Assembly (NCBI GenBank): GCA_039802265.1
Contig: JBDRWI010000030.1
Location: 1-27,956, forward strand
Source: a candidate division WOR-3 bacterium
GTDB lineage: Bacteria > Hydrothermota > Tepidihabitantia > SM23-42 > JAOAFX01
DNA length: 27,956 nucleotides
Direction of reading: 5' to 3'
The translations under genes and the position numbers were made by a program. Positions 10,065 to 19,364 of this stretch are shown piece by piece. Positions within the stretch are counted from its first letter, which is position 1; each line of letters starts with the position of its first letter. Under the pieces are notes generated by a model. That model made no database searches and had not been told where the DNA came from. It saw nothing but the letters and a program-made list of their open reading frames with translations.

Positions 10065-10934
10065 TTAGTAGGCAATTAAATCCCTGTTAAAAGAATTTAA
10101 CATACCCTCAATCTTCCAGATGCGCAGTTTCATTTCACCAAAGTCTTTGAGAAGTTCATAAATATCATCGTCTATAGACATCAATTCGTCTTTGCTTATA
10201 CTTACTGGCTCATGCGTTAATTGGATCCGGGTTATTGGAAGACCAGGGAATCTTGATAACAACCTTGGCGTCAGTATTAAAAGTTCAATTGTGGTAGAGC
10301 CTGAACCAAGGCTTGTAATCTTTAAAGGATAAAATAGTTTTTTTGTCCGAAAGCGATACTGAATGGGCTCCAATGTCTTTGTTTCTCGGCTGAGGGTTAT
10401 TACATCAAAGACAAACCAGATAAAACCTTCTTCTATATAATCCTTTACAAGTTCTTTGTGGGACTCCAATATTATTTCCTTATCATAACCTAAATTCTTT
10501 ATATAACTGTTCACCCAATCAACAAAACCATCCTTTTCTAACAACCGAGCAACTGAAATATCATGAGCACCGATCTTCTCGTGAAAGGTTATTTCGGCAG
10601 CTGGTGCAGACACAGCCGCGGTTGCCCTACCACCATTCTTTTTTTGCGCAACATAGATTCGACGATTTAGCAGATTTATTGCCCGGCGTAATGTCTCAAT
10701 ATCAGCCTTTTTAATCTTCGGTTCCGAAGGCAAAGGCAAAATCTCAATCACCGTTGTTGAATCCGAGGCATTTAAATCCGTAGTAAGTAAAAGGATTTCT
10801 TCCCAACCGTTCCAGGCAATAAGCGCCCTTTGCTTTGGTTCAAAGATTGTAATGTCTGGATTGAAAGGCACAAGCCCGCGGTCAGCAAAGAGAATCGCAG
10901 AAAAGAAGCCAAGCATCACAACTATCTTTTTCAT
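10065..10934 (-). CDS. Exported protein, DUF2330-like
   Basis: Signal peptide MKKIVVMLGFFSAILFA|D. QRALIAWNGWEEILLL, LPLPSEP, GFIWFVF and YPLKITS segments resemble DUF2330 proteins (recognition from memory). Confidence 0.65.
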   Translation of the reverse strand: MKKIVVMLGFFSAILFADRGLVPFNPDITIFEPKQRALIAWNGWEEILLLTTDLNASDSTTVIEILPLPSEPKIKKADIETLRRAINLLNRRIYVAQKKNGGRATAAVSAPAAEITFHEKIGAHDISVARLLEKDGFVDWVNSYIKNLGYDKEIILESHKELVKDYIEEGFIWFVFDVITLSRETKTLEPIQYRFRTKKLFYPLKITSLGSGSTTIELLILTPRLLSRFPGLPITRIQLTHEPVSISKDELMSIDDDIYELLKDFGEMKLRIWKIEGMLNSFNRDLIAY

Positions 10935-10939
10935 AATTG

Positions 10940-10967
10940 ATTATAACAATTATTTTAAAAAAATCAA
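10940..10967 (-). promoter_or_regulatory. sigma70-type promoter of the DUF2330-decarboxylase-speY cluster (leaderless geometry)
   Basis: TTGATT (10967-10962), 16 nt, TATAAT (10945-10940), 5 nt, ATG 10934. Confidence 0.7.
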
Positions 10968-11061
10968 TAGCGAATAGCATTAATCTTCCGCCCTCACTCA
11001 GTTGGATTGAAATACATCCGGATTTTTACCAAGATTCATTTTCTTTTGTTTTATTTTCTTT

Positions 11062-11085
11062 GCAGGGCTAAAGCCTCACCTTACA
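11062..11085 (-). repeat. REP-like palindromic element, copy 1
   Basis: Minus strand TGTAAGGTGAGGCTTTAGCCCTGC. Same length and layout as 27198-27221. Confidence 0.55.
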
Positions 11086-11136
11086 TTTATTAGGAAAAAC
11101 TTATCGTTTGCAAAATCCATTTCCCTCCGCCAGTAC

Positions 11137-12168
11137 TTAACCGCTCAGGCGACACATTAATATATTGCCTACCACCTCAAACTTTACCGGCAGGAATTTT
11201 TCCACCAGCCAGACATTGGTCTGGGCATGGAGGGTCATCTTATAAAATTTTATTTTTATAATCTTTTTTGTCTCTGCAGTTGCCAGGGCAACATAGGGAA
11301 TAATCTGGTCAATCATATAATTGTCAACACAGGTATCTGCAGAAAGAATTTCCTTTAAAGAAATGCCCGCTTCCTTGCCAATCTCTTCGGCAGCAATGCC
11401 GCGCTTGCCAAGGGCGTCAGCACCCAAAAGGCAATTTTCATAGACCCCTATCCCCTGAATAAAACAACCCGGTGAATCGGCACTGACATAGTTATATTTG
11501 TAAACTGCCTCAGGAATGATTCTTTGAAATCCCTGAATCAACCTCTCACCAACCTTGGCATTCCTTAGATATTCTGAGGCGAAAGCTGTGACCTCAACAC
11601 GTTTAAAAACACCACAATCGATAAATTCTACAGGCTGTAATGCACCTGGATTATTGATACAGGCATTTACTTCACCACCACCTTTAGGATAGAAACCATG
11701 CCGTTTTATTTCAACAGAGATTGCAATACCCATTCTTTTCATATAATAACAGAAGACCTTTTCAAAATAGGTAATTGTGGGGCTGAAAGGAACTGCTGTG
11801 CCTCCCTTTATATTTAACCGTAAAGGTTTATCGGCATAAATACCCAAAGGAATCAGGGTCTGGAGAATCAATGTTATTGAACCTGCGGTCTTGGTCCAGA
11901 CATTATATGTACCACCTTTAATCTCTTTTGGAATGAATTCAATATCAGTTGAGTTTAGCTCTGCCCCCTTTATTTCGGCATCGCAAATCCTGGCCGCAGC
12001 AAGTATTCCTTCAAGATGTTGATGCCTGAGACCGGGCTTTTCCCTTTTCTTTCTAATATTAAAGATATGAATTGGTTTTTTGGTAATTGCCGAAAGGGCA
12101 ACTGCGGTTCTTAAAATCTGACCCCCACCCTCAAGATAACCGCCATCTATTTCTATCATTTCACACAC
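11137..12168 (-). CDS. rtcA: RNA 3'-terminal phosphate cyclase
   Basis: IDGGYLEGGGQILRT, RxKREKPGLRHQH, TAGSITL, GGT, HGFYPKGGG, DQ, and the adenylated His in LHAQTN. True start may be ATG 12159 (MIEIDGG). Confidence 0.94.
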   Translation of the reverse strand: MCEMIEIDGGYLEGGGQILRTAVALSAITKKPIHIFNIRKKREKPGLRHQHLEGILAAARICDAEIKGAELNSTDIEFIPKEIKGGTYNVWTKTAGSITLILQTLIPLGIYADKPLRLNIKGGTAVPFSPTITYFEKVFCYYMKRMGIAISVEIKRHGFYPKGGGEVNACINNPGALQPVEFIDCGVFKRVEVTAFASEYLRNAKVGERLIQGFQRIIPEAVYKYNYVSADSPGCFIQGIGVYENCLLGADALGKRGIAAEEIGKEAGISLKEILSADTCVDNYMIDQIIPYVALATAETKKIIKIKFYKMTLHAQTNVWLVEKFLPVKFEVVGNILMCRLSG

Positions 12169-12236
12169 ACCTTATTTTTTTCCTTTCAGGGAAAAGAAAG
12201 TCGTGCAGGAGATAACTGCTGTTTAGCGTTATCATC

Positions 12237-12986
12237 TCAGATTAGTTCCTTTGGTATTCCGTCAGGACTATAGGCAACAAATGGCTTGAGTCCGGTTCTT
12301 TTTAATCTTTCTATCACATGTGGGTATAAGAAGACATATTCCTCTTCAAAATCTTCAATTATCTTTGGTGAAATCTTCTCTAATCGTTTCTTCAACTGAA
12401 CTACATTTTTGTCTGGGCTGAAGGAAAGCATCACGGCCAGATTGAAGCGTAAACCCTCACTGACGATAATTGAAAGATTATCAAGAATTCTATCAAATGT
12501 CTCGGGGCTTGCACCGGTAAGGGCTGAAAATTCCTCGGGTGTGGTACCTTTCAGGGAAACCCTGATATGTAAACGCCGGAAATTACTTAAATCCCTGACA
12601 TATTCCCGGTTCAATAAAACTCCGTTTGTTTCCAAGATAAAGAGATATTTTGTTTTATCAATGAGGGACAATACTCTGAGCAAATGTGTTTTGGCAATTG
12701 TTGGCTCATTACCACTGATTCTCAATAAGCGATAGTGATGCTGGTCAGCACATTCAATAAGCTGGCGCGCAATTTCTTCCGGACTGTGGAATTCACCAAT
12801 TCTTTCGGGATTGTCCCTTGGTTTGTTGCTCCAGCAAAATATACACTTCAGGTTACAACCACAACAATCGGCAGTTGCAATTCCCCCATACCAGCGCCCT
12901 GCCCTCACAACACGGTAATATTTTCTTTGCTCGCCATCGGCCACTATCTGTGCAACCTCTTTAGTATTTGAAATTGGGTCAAACAT
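12237..12986 (-). CDS. Uncharacterised short radical SAM protein (COG5014-like, common in archaea)
   Basis: RWYGGIATADCCGCNLKCIFCW (CxxxCxxC), RISGNEPT, FILETNG and HIRVSLKG. Confidence 0.85.
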   Translation of the reverse strand: MFDPISNTKEVAQIVADGEQRKYYRVVRAGRWYGGIATADCCGCNLKCIFCWSNKPRDNPERIGEFHSPEEIARQLIECADQHHYRLLRISGNEPTIAKTHLLRVLSLIDKTKYLFILETNGVLLNREYVRDLSNFRRLHIRVSLKGTTPEEFSALTGASPETFDRILDNLSIIVSEGLRFNLAVMLSFSPDKNVVQLKKRLEKISPKIIEDFEEEYVFLYPHVIERLKRTGLKPFVAYSPDGIPKELI

Positions 12987-13004
12987 TATGATGAAAAAGA
13001 GATC

Positions 13005-13745
13005 TTATGCCCCGAGATATGCCGCCCGAACCTGTGGATCTTCGTGTAAATCCATTCCCTTTCCCTCAATCGTAATTCTTCCAGTCTCAAGAACATAGGC
13101 ATAATGGGCAACTGATAATGCCTTATGCGCATTTTGCTCAACCAGAAGGATACTTGTTCCCTCACTGTTTATTTCAGTTATAATCTTAAATATCTCATTA
13201 ACAAGAATTGGAGAAAGACCCATTGATGGTTCATCAAGCATCAACAACTTGGGCTGGGACATTAGACCGCGTGCGGTTGCGAGCATCTGCAATTCGCCAC
13301 CCGAAAGGGTTCCAGCTGACTGATTTAGCCTTTCTTTCAACCGTGGAAAGGACTTAAATATCCTTTCCATTGCCTTATTGATTTTATCCTTATCGTTTAT
13401 GTTATAGATTCCTAACCTTAAATTTTCATATACGCTCAGCGGTGCAAATGGCTTTCTACCTTCGGGCACATGGGCAATTCCCAAACTTGCTATCCGGTGG
13501 GCAGATAAATATGTAATATCCCTACCCTCAAAATAAATTTTGCCCGCTTGCGGTCTTATCAGACCCGAGATTGTCTTGAGGGTTGTGCTCTTCCCCGCGC
13601 CATTCGCACCGATTAAGGCAACGATCTCTCCCTTACAGACCTTAAACGAAATCCCCTGGAGGGCATTTATTGCCCCATAGGAAACATTCAAGTTTCTCAC
13701 TTCTAATAGAATATCTCCTCTCAGCACCGAGACCTCACTGCTCAA
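13005..13745 (-). CDS. livF: Branched-chain amino acid ABC transporter ATP-binding protein
   Basis: GANGAGKS, HVPEGR, LSGGE, LDEPSMGL, LVEQN and AYLG. No in-frame ATG near the start; GTG 13727 is a likely alternative. Confidence 0.94.
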   Translation of the reverse strand: MSSEVSVLRGDILLEVRNLNVSYGAINALQGISFKVCKGEIVALIGANGAGKSTTLKTISGLIRPQAGKIYFEGRDITYLSAHRIASLGIAHVPEGRKPFAPLSVYENLRLGIYNINDKDKINKAMERIFKSFPRLKERLNQSAGTLSGGELQMLATARGLMSQPKLLMLDEPSMGLSPILVNEIFKIITEINSEGTSILLVEQNAHKALSVAHYAYVLETGRITIEGKGMDLHEDPQVRAAYLGA

Positions 13746-13777
13746 GCAATTTATAGATGCAGCCCAATTTTAGCCCC

Positions 13778-14545
13778 TTAACTATCTTTTCCTAAATATG
13801 CCTCAATTACCTTTGGGTCATTCTGAATTTCCACTGGATTACCCTCGGCTATCTTTTCACCAAAATCCATCACCGCCACTCTTTCGCAGATGGACATTAC
13901 AACCCTCATTTGATGTTCAATCAAAAAGATTGTAAGATTGAAGCGTTCACGAATAAACTGAATGAGTTCCATAAGTTTGATTGTTTCTTTTGGATTCATT
14001 CCAGCCGCCGGTTCATCAAGCAGGAGTAATTTCGGTTCGCTTGCCAGGGCACGCACAATCTCCAGTTTCCTCTGCTCACCGTAAGGAAGATTGCGGGCAA
14101 TTTCATTTGCCCTTGATTCAAGTTTAAAGATTGAAAGGATGGCAAATGCCTTCTCTTCTATCTTCTGTTCTTCTTTCTGGAAGATCTTATCCCGAAGGAT
14201 TGCCGAGAATAAACCATAATTTATATGGGTATGGCAGGCAATCTTAACATTATCCAGAACTGTAAGTTCATTAAAGAGTCTAATATTCTGAAATGTCCGG
14301 GCAATTCCCTTTTTGCTTACCTGAAATGGTTTAAGACCGACAATTGAGTCATTACCGAAGAAGATATCCCCCTGGTCAGGCTGGTATATCCCGGTAATAA
14401 TATTAAAGACCGTGGTCTTACCAGCACCATTTGGTCCAATAAGTCCAACGAGTTCGTTGGGTTTAATCTCAATATTAAAATTAGCAACTGCCTTTAATCC
14501 ACCAAAGTATTTAGTAAGATTACTGATTCTCAGTATTGAGTTCAT
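13778..14545 (-). CDS. livG: Branched-chain amino acid ABC transporter ATP-binding protein
   Basis: FGGLKAV, GPNGAGKT, ARTFQNIRLF, LPYGEQR, LDEPAAG and VIEAYLG. Confidence 0.95.
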   Translation of the reverse strand: MNSILRISNLTKYFGGLKAVANFNIEIKPNELVGLIGPNGAGKTTVFNIITGIYQPDQGDIFFGNDSIVGLKPFQVSKKGIARTFQNIRLFNELTVLDNVKIACHTHINYGLFSAILRDKIFQKEEQKIEEKAFAILSIFKLESRANEIARNLPYGEQRKLEIVRALASEPKLLLLDEPAAGMNPKETIKLMELIQFIRERFNLTIFLIEHQMRVVMSICERVAVMDFGEKIAEGNPVEIQNDPKVIEAYLGKDS

Positions 14546-15515
14546 TATTCCTTCTACAAATGAGTGCGGGTTTAAGAAAAGAAAATTCCATCCCGCCTCC
14601 CAGTCCCTTTGGCTTCATTAACATTACAATAATCAGCAACAACGGATAGATGACCAGTCGCCAGTCCAGAATCTGGGGGGGCAGAATAACCCTTAAACCT
14701 TCAAGCAAAAATGTCCAACCAATTGCAGCAATGATTGTTCCTGAAATACTACCCAGTCCACCCAGGACCACAATCAAAAGGACATCTATGGATTTCAAAA
14801 AATCAAAATTTGATGGGTGAAGAAATGAATAGAGATGGGCATAGAGTGCCCCGGCAACGCCGGCAAAGGTACATCCTATTACAAAACCGAGTGTCTTATA
14901 TTTTGTAGTATCCACACCCACCGATTCGGCGGCTATATCATCCTCGCGAATGGAAATGCAGGCACGCCCGATGCTTGAATAGACAAAATTTCTGATGAAT
15001 ATTATTGCTACGACGCTCAAGAAAAATGTTAGCGGAAATACAGTATATTTTGGAATTCCTAACATTCCTCTTGAACCACCCATTATTGGTATTACTGCAT
15101 CGGCATTATCAAAGATTACTTTAATAATTATCCCGAAACCAAGGGTGGCGATACCTAAATAATCCGATTTCAATCTGAGAATCGGAAGACCGATAAGAAA
15201 AGAGATAATCGCAACTAAAAAAATTGCGGTTAAAATCCCAATTATGAATGAAAAGACACCCAGACTATGTAGAGATTTTGTTACCAATGCCGAAGAATAG
15301 GCACCGATTCCATAAAATGCAGCATGTCCTAAAGAAAACTGCCCGGTGTAGCCATAGATAAGATTGAGTCCCAGACTTGAGATTGTGATAATCAAGGCAA
15401 ATTGAATTATCTGCAGCCAGTAGGGATTTAAGATACCCATTGAGCTCAAGACCATAATTACAATAAAAATGACAAAAATAATCACAACCGAGTATGAATC
15501 TTTTCCCTTTCTCAT
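14520..15515 (-). CDS. livM: Branched-chain amino acid ABC transporter permease
   Basis: GYTGQFSLGHAAFYGIGAY, LRLKSDYLGIATLGF, IREDDIAA, VVLGGLGS and KPKGL. Confidence 0.94.
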   Translation of the reverse strand: MRKGKDSYSVVIIFVIFIVIMVLSSMGILNPYWLQIIQFALIITISSLGLNLIYGYTGQFSLGHAAFYGIGAYSSALVTKSLHSLGVFSFIIGILTAIFLVAIISFLIGLPILRLKSDYLGIATLGFGIIIKVIFDNADAVIPIMGGSRGMLGIPKYTVFPLTFFLSVVAIIFIRNFVYSSIGRACISIREDDIAAESVGVDTTKYKTLGFVIGCTFAGVAGALYAHLYSFLHPSNFDFLKSIDVLLIVVLGGLGSISGTIIAAIGWTFLLEGLRVILPPQILDWRLVIYPLLLIIVMLMKPKGLGGGMEFSFLKPALICRRNNELNTENQ

Positions 15516-16396
15516 ACCTTCTCTATCTCTTTTTTCCCTAATATTCCAGTTGGTTTAACAAGGAGAACCACTATCAAAATTGAAAACGCAATTGCATCGC
15601 GCATTGTTGAGGAGATATAGGCAGAACTCATTGTCTCCACAACTCCCATAATCAAGGCACCAAGCATTGCCCCGGGAATATTGCCAATTCCACCCAGAAC
15701 TGCAGCAACAAATGCCTTTAAACCGGGCATAATCCCCATAAATGGATGAATCTGGGGATAGGCAATGCCATATAAGACACCGCCTGCCCCGGCAAGGGCA
15801 GAACCGATTCCGAAGGTGAAGGAGATAATCCTATCAACATCTATGCCCATCAAACGGGCCGTATTCTTGTCATAAGAAACTGCCCTCATTGCCATTCCGG
15901 TCTTTGTCTTCTGGACAATGAATTGTAATAGTATGAGTAGTACTATTGCAACGCCAAAAACGAGAATCTGAATATTTGAAATACAGACATTACCAATTTG
16001 ATAGGTGCAAACCTCAAACGGTCTTGGATAGGCAAGGTAATTTGGACCGAAGATATACTTAAGACTACTGAAATATTCTAAAAAGAGAGAAACCCCCATT
16101 GCGGTAATCAGTGCCGAAATCCTGGGTGCATTTCTCAATGGTCGATAGGCAATTCTTTCTATTGTGATACCAATCACAGCGCAGCCAGCCATTGCAAAGA
16201 GTAATGCCAATGGAAAAGGGAAATGATAAAGGGATAGGGCATAAAATCCTAAATAGGCACCGACCATAAAGACATCGCCATGGGCAAAGTTTATCAGCCG
16301 AACAATTCCATAGACCATTGTATAGCCCAAGGCAATAAGGGCATAGACAAAGCCAAGTTGCAGACCATTGACCAATTGCTGCAGAAGATATGACAT
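15512..16396 (-). CDS. livH: Branched-chain amino acid ABC transporter permease
   Basis: QQLVNGL, YALIALGYTMVYG, INFAHG, KAFVAAVLGGIG and KPTGILG. ATG 16396 chosen since TTG 16408 overlaps the -10 box. Confidence 0.95.
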   Translation of the reverse strand: MSYLLQQLVNGLQLGFVYALIALGYTMVYGIVRLINFAHGDVFMVGAYLGFYALSLYHFPFPLALLFAMAGCAVIGITIERIAYRPLRNAPRISALITAMGVSLFLEYFSSLKYIFGPNYLAYPRPFEVCTYQIGNVCISNIQILVFGVAIVLLILLQFIVQKTKTGMAMRAVSYDKNTARLMGIDVDRIISFTFGIGSALAGAGGVLYGIAYPQIHPFMGIMPGLKAFVAAVLGGIGNIPGAMLGALIMGVVETMSSAYISSTMRDAIAFSILIVVLLVKPTGILGKKEIEKV

Positions 16397-16407
16397 TTTT
16401 AAGAACA

Positions 16408-16435
16408 ATTATACACAAAATCCCAATGAAATCAA
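16408..16435 (-). promoter_or_regulatory. sigma70-type promoter of livHMGF
   Basis: TTGATT (16435-16430), 16 nt, TATAAT (16413-16408), 11 nt, ATG 16396. Confidence 0.65.
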
Positions 16436-16757
16436 GCCAGAACGAAAAGTAAAAAGTCCTGCCAACTAATTTTCTATTCTAAAAATAATGCAAATTTGTC
16501 CGGGTCTGCATTTGAGCAAAATTTCGTTGAAAATTACTTTTGTTGAATAATCATTTTTACTAATGAGAAGCTCCAGGTAGCCGTTAAAAATTGTAAATAA
16601 AAGCAAGCCCAAATGTAAGTTATTAAAAAAAGCATTTTTTACACCTTCTTCATTTCTTAAGAAACAAAAAATTGAGTAATAAATTTAAATAATAGAAAAA
16701 AATTTAAATGTAATGATTAAATTTTTGTAAGCATCCGACTTCGGGTATACGCATAAT

Positions 16758-19364
16758 TTACCGGATCAAAATTATTTTCTTAATTCTATTGCATTTACCC
16801 AACTCAGTACCCTGACCTTCCAATGAAACACTCAAGAAATATACACCACTTGGCAAGGGTTTTCCATTTTGGTCATCGCCACACCATATAATACTCCCTT
16901 TTCTTATTCCGGTCCTTGATTGCCATTGTCTTATCAATCTGCCCACGGCATCGTAGATTCTTACCTTACACTCCACCTGATCATTTAGCCCCTCCGCTCT
17001 GCTCACTTGCCATTTGATTTCAGTTGCATAAGAGAAGGGATTAGGGTGGTTTAGAAGAATAAAATCAGAAGGACTAAATGCCGAGGTAACTTCCTTTATC
17101 GCCGTAGTCGGTCCACTAAATGATACATCGTCAAGGTATATAAAGGTGGTATCATCAATGTCCTGATAGACCCTTAAGTTGATAGAAACACTTTCTGCGC
17201 CTGATGGTGCATACATTGGGTATATGACTGATAATCTCTGCCACTGACCCGAGTTTACACTATACGGTGTTGAGTCCTGTTGGATTATAGAACTCGAACG
17301 CCACTGGAGCCATCCCCTTGCACTCACTGAGTCATTATTGTCATAGACCCAGAATGAGAAATGGTAGCGCTGACCCGGAATTACCGGCTTTACATTCTGT
17401 CTAACATCTTTCCCGCCGGCGTAATTTCTCTTCGGACCAACCTTCAAGGAAAAATTACCGCCGTGATAGAGTAGGAACTCTTTAATGGCAAAAAGATTAG
17501 ACCGGTCAACCACCCAAGATGTTGGTGTTGTATCGTTATCCCAGAACTCAAATCCTGGATTGACAAGCAATTCCTGAAGGCCTGAACCAATTATATAAAA
17601 CCGCTCGGCTGAAGATGTTACAGAGGCGGAATCATCCTTTGCCCTAATAAAGTATTTTATTGAATCTTTGTAACTACCATAGTCTGGGGTAATGTGATAA
17701 TAGAATGTGTCAAACTTAATACTATCATGATAAACAACATTATAATTCTCACTATTGACCCTGAAATATAAGGAATCCATAGTCAATGAATAGTCATCGG
17801 TTATTACCGCCTTAACTATCACTGTGTCATCATCCAAGGGGGCGTCAGGGATGTTTGAAAGATCGGTAATAATTGGCGGACCATTATATTGTGCCAGAAA
17901 AGAATTATCAACGACAAATACCACACTGTCAACAAAACCCGGGTCATCGTAGAATCGTATCCTCAGTTGTGCCCAGCGTCCATTTCTGGGTATCTGACTT
18001 TTAAATGCCAGAGATTGCCAGCCTGAATCATCGGTTGAATCACCATAAAGCCAGGCAATTGCTGAATGCCCATAATCATACCAGACAATTCCCAGGGCGA
18101 TATGACCGGTTGTGGTTGTATCATAGGCATATACTGAAAGGCTACACAAGGAACCCGGTCTAAGTGATATTGTGTCCGGGTAATAGGTAGGGTTTGATAT
18201 TGATTTGAGCACCACCTTGGTGCTGTATGTGCCACTATTCACATTTAGACTCTCCTGTGCGATTGTGATACCGGATTCCCAATGCCAGTGGTGCGGTGTT
18301 CCATTCCAGACTTCATAATCGGGATTGGGAACCAAGTTTTCACCATTTGCCTTTATCCTATATCCCAGGGTTTCGGAAGAGACCACAGCGCTTGAATCAT
18401 CTCTCACTCTGATGAAGTAGTTAATGGAATCATTGACTGATTCCGGCGGGATTGAGAATCTGAAGGTATCACCAGACTGATAATTGAATGATACTTGATT
18501 CCATAATCCCCCGTTTACCTGATAGTATAAACTCTCGGCGGTTAAAAAACCATCGGTATCAAAACAGCGGGCGATAATAAAGACCGTATCAAGGTCTATC
18601 GGTAAGACTGGACGCTGGTCAAGGATGAAGATATAGGGTGGATTGTTCTCAGGACCGATATTGCCTAAATTAAGGGTTTCGCCTGCGGCAAGGTTAAAGG
18701 GACCAATTGAATCAACACTAATTGAATTCATAAGGGAATCATAAGCAAAGATATATAGCGAAAGAGATGGTTTTGTGGCAAGTTTGAAGTATCCTTTGAG
18801 GGGATTCATCGGATAATTGGGATTTCTTTCGTTAATCCCATTTTCCTCGCTGAACCAGATTGCAAAGATTGAGTCAGCCTCATCAGGTCCATTTCTTATT
18901 ATAATAACTCCTTTATCTATCATACCGAGGTAACCCTTGAAATAGCCTAACTGGCTTTTGGGAACCAAATTTACTTCCTTCTTGGAAGATGTAGCGACAT
19001 TCGTGCCCCCCCTCCTTATTCGCACTGCGAATGAGTCCTGCGCATTGCTTTTGAGGTATATCCATCCTTCCCATTCCCCTGTGGGTTTAGGTTGGATTAA
19101 TGGATAATTGTCATAGGTATTTGCTGCAGTCCATTTCTTCAGGTCCCAGTTCCAGTTCCAAAGAGATGAAGTCCCATTGTATGCCCTTACTCGGGCAGTG
19201 TCTGAACCTAATCCACTTCCCACTACATAGGCTCCGAATTGCCAGGCGGTTGAATCTGGGGTAGAATCAACATAGTAAGGATATCGGATGACATCTAATG
19301 TCTGGGTGTAACCCCAGACCACGACACTGAGAAGAACACTGGTAAATGACCAATAAACCTTCAT
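16758..19364 (-). CDS. Large secreted protein: unknown N-domain + 2x(Ig-like + CBM4/9-like beta-sandwich) + T9SS type A/FlgD-Ig C-terminal domain
   Basis: Signal peptide. Duplicated module (NNPP...SINYFIRVRDDS...NLVPNPDYEVW versus NGPP...SIKYFIRAKDDS...ELLVNPGFEFW). C-terminus NHPNPF...IYDAVGRLIR...W.G.DQNGKPLPSGVYF...KKIILIR. AGGAGG 6 nt before ATG 19364. Confidence 0.8.
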   Translation of the reverse strand: MKVYWSFTSVLLSVVVWGYTQTLDVIRYPYYVDSTPDSTAWQFGAYVVGSGLGSDTARVRAYNGTSSLWNWNWDLKKWTAANTYDNYPLIQPKPTGEWEGWIYLKSNAQDSFAVRIRRGGTNVATSSKKEVNLVPKSQLGYFKGYLGMIDKGVIIIRNGPDEADSIFAIWFSEENGINERNPNYPMNPLKGYFKLATKPSLSLYIFAYDSLMNSISVDSIGPFNLAAGETLNLGNIGPENNPPYIFILDQRPVLPIDLDTVFIIARCFDTDGFLTAESLYYQVNGGLWNQVSFNYQSGDTFRFSIPPESVNDSINYFIRVRDDSSAVVSSETLGYRIKANGENLVPNPDYEVWNGTPHHWHWESGITIAQESLNVNSGTYSTKVVLKSISNPTYYPDTISLRPGSLCSLSVYAYDTTTTGHIALGIVWYDYGHSAIAWLYGDSTDDSGWQSLAFKSQIPRNGRWAQLRIRFYDDPGFVDSVVFVVDNSFLAQYNGPPIITDLSNIPDAPLDDDTVIVKAVITDDYSLTMDSLYFRVNSENYNVVYHDSIKFDTFYYHITPDYGSYKDSIKYFIRAKDDSASVTSSAERFYIIGSGLQELLVNPGFEFWDNDTTPTSWVVDRSNLFAIKEFLLYHGGNFSLKVGPKRNYAGGKDVRQNVKPVIPGQRYHFSFWVYDNNDSVSARGWLQWRSSSIIQQDSTPYSVNSGQWQRLSVIYPMYAPSGAESVSINLRVYQDIDDTTFIYLDDVSFSGPTTAIKEVTSAFSPSDFILLNHPNPFSYATEIKWQVSRAEGLNDQVECKVRIYDAVGRLIRQWQSRTGIRKGSIIWCGDDQNGKPLPSGVYFLSVSLEGQGTELGKCNRIKKIILIR

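Noticed and set aside
16436..16757. AT-rich non-coding stretch as possible oriC/DUE, CRISPR leader or ncRNA
   Set aside because: No DnaA boxes, tandem repeats, repeat-spacer array or recognisable RNA motif was seen.
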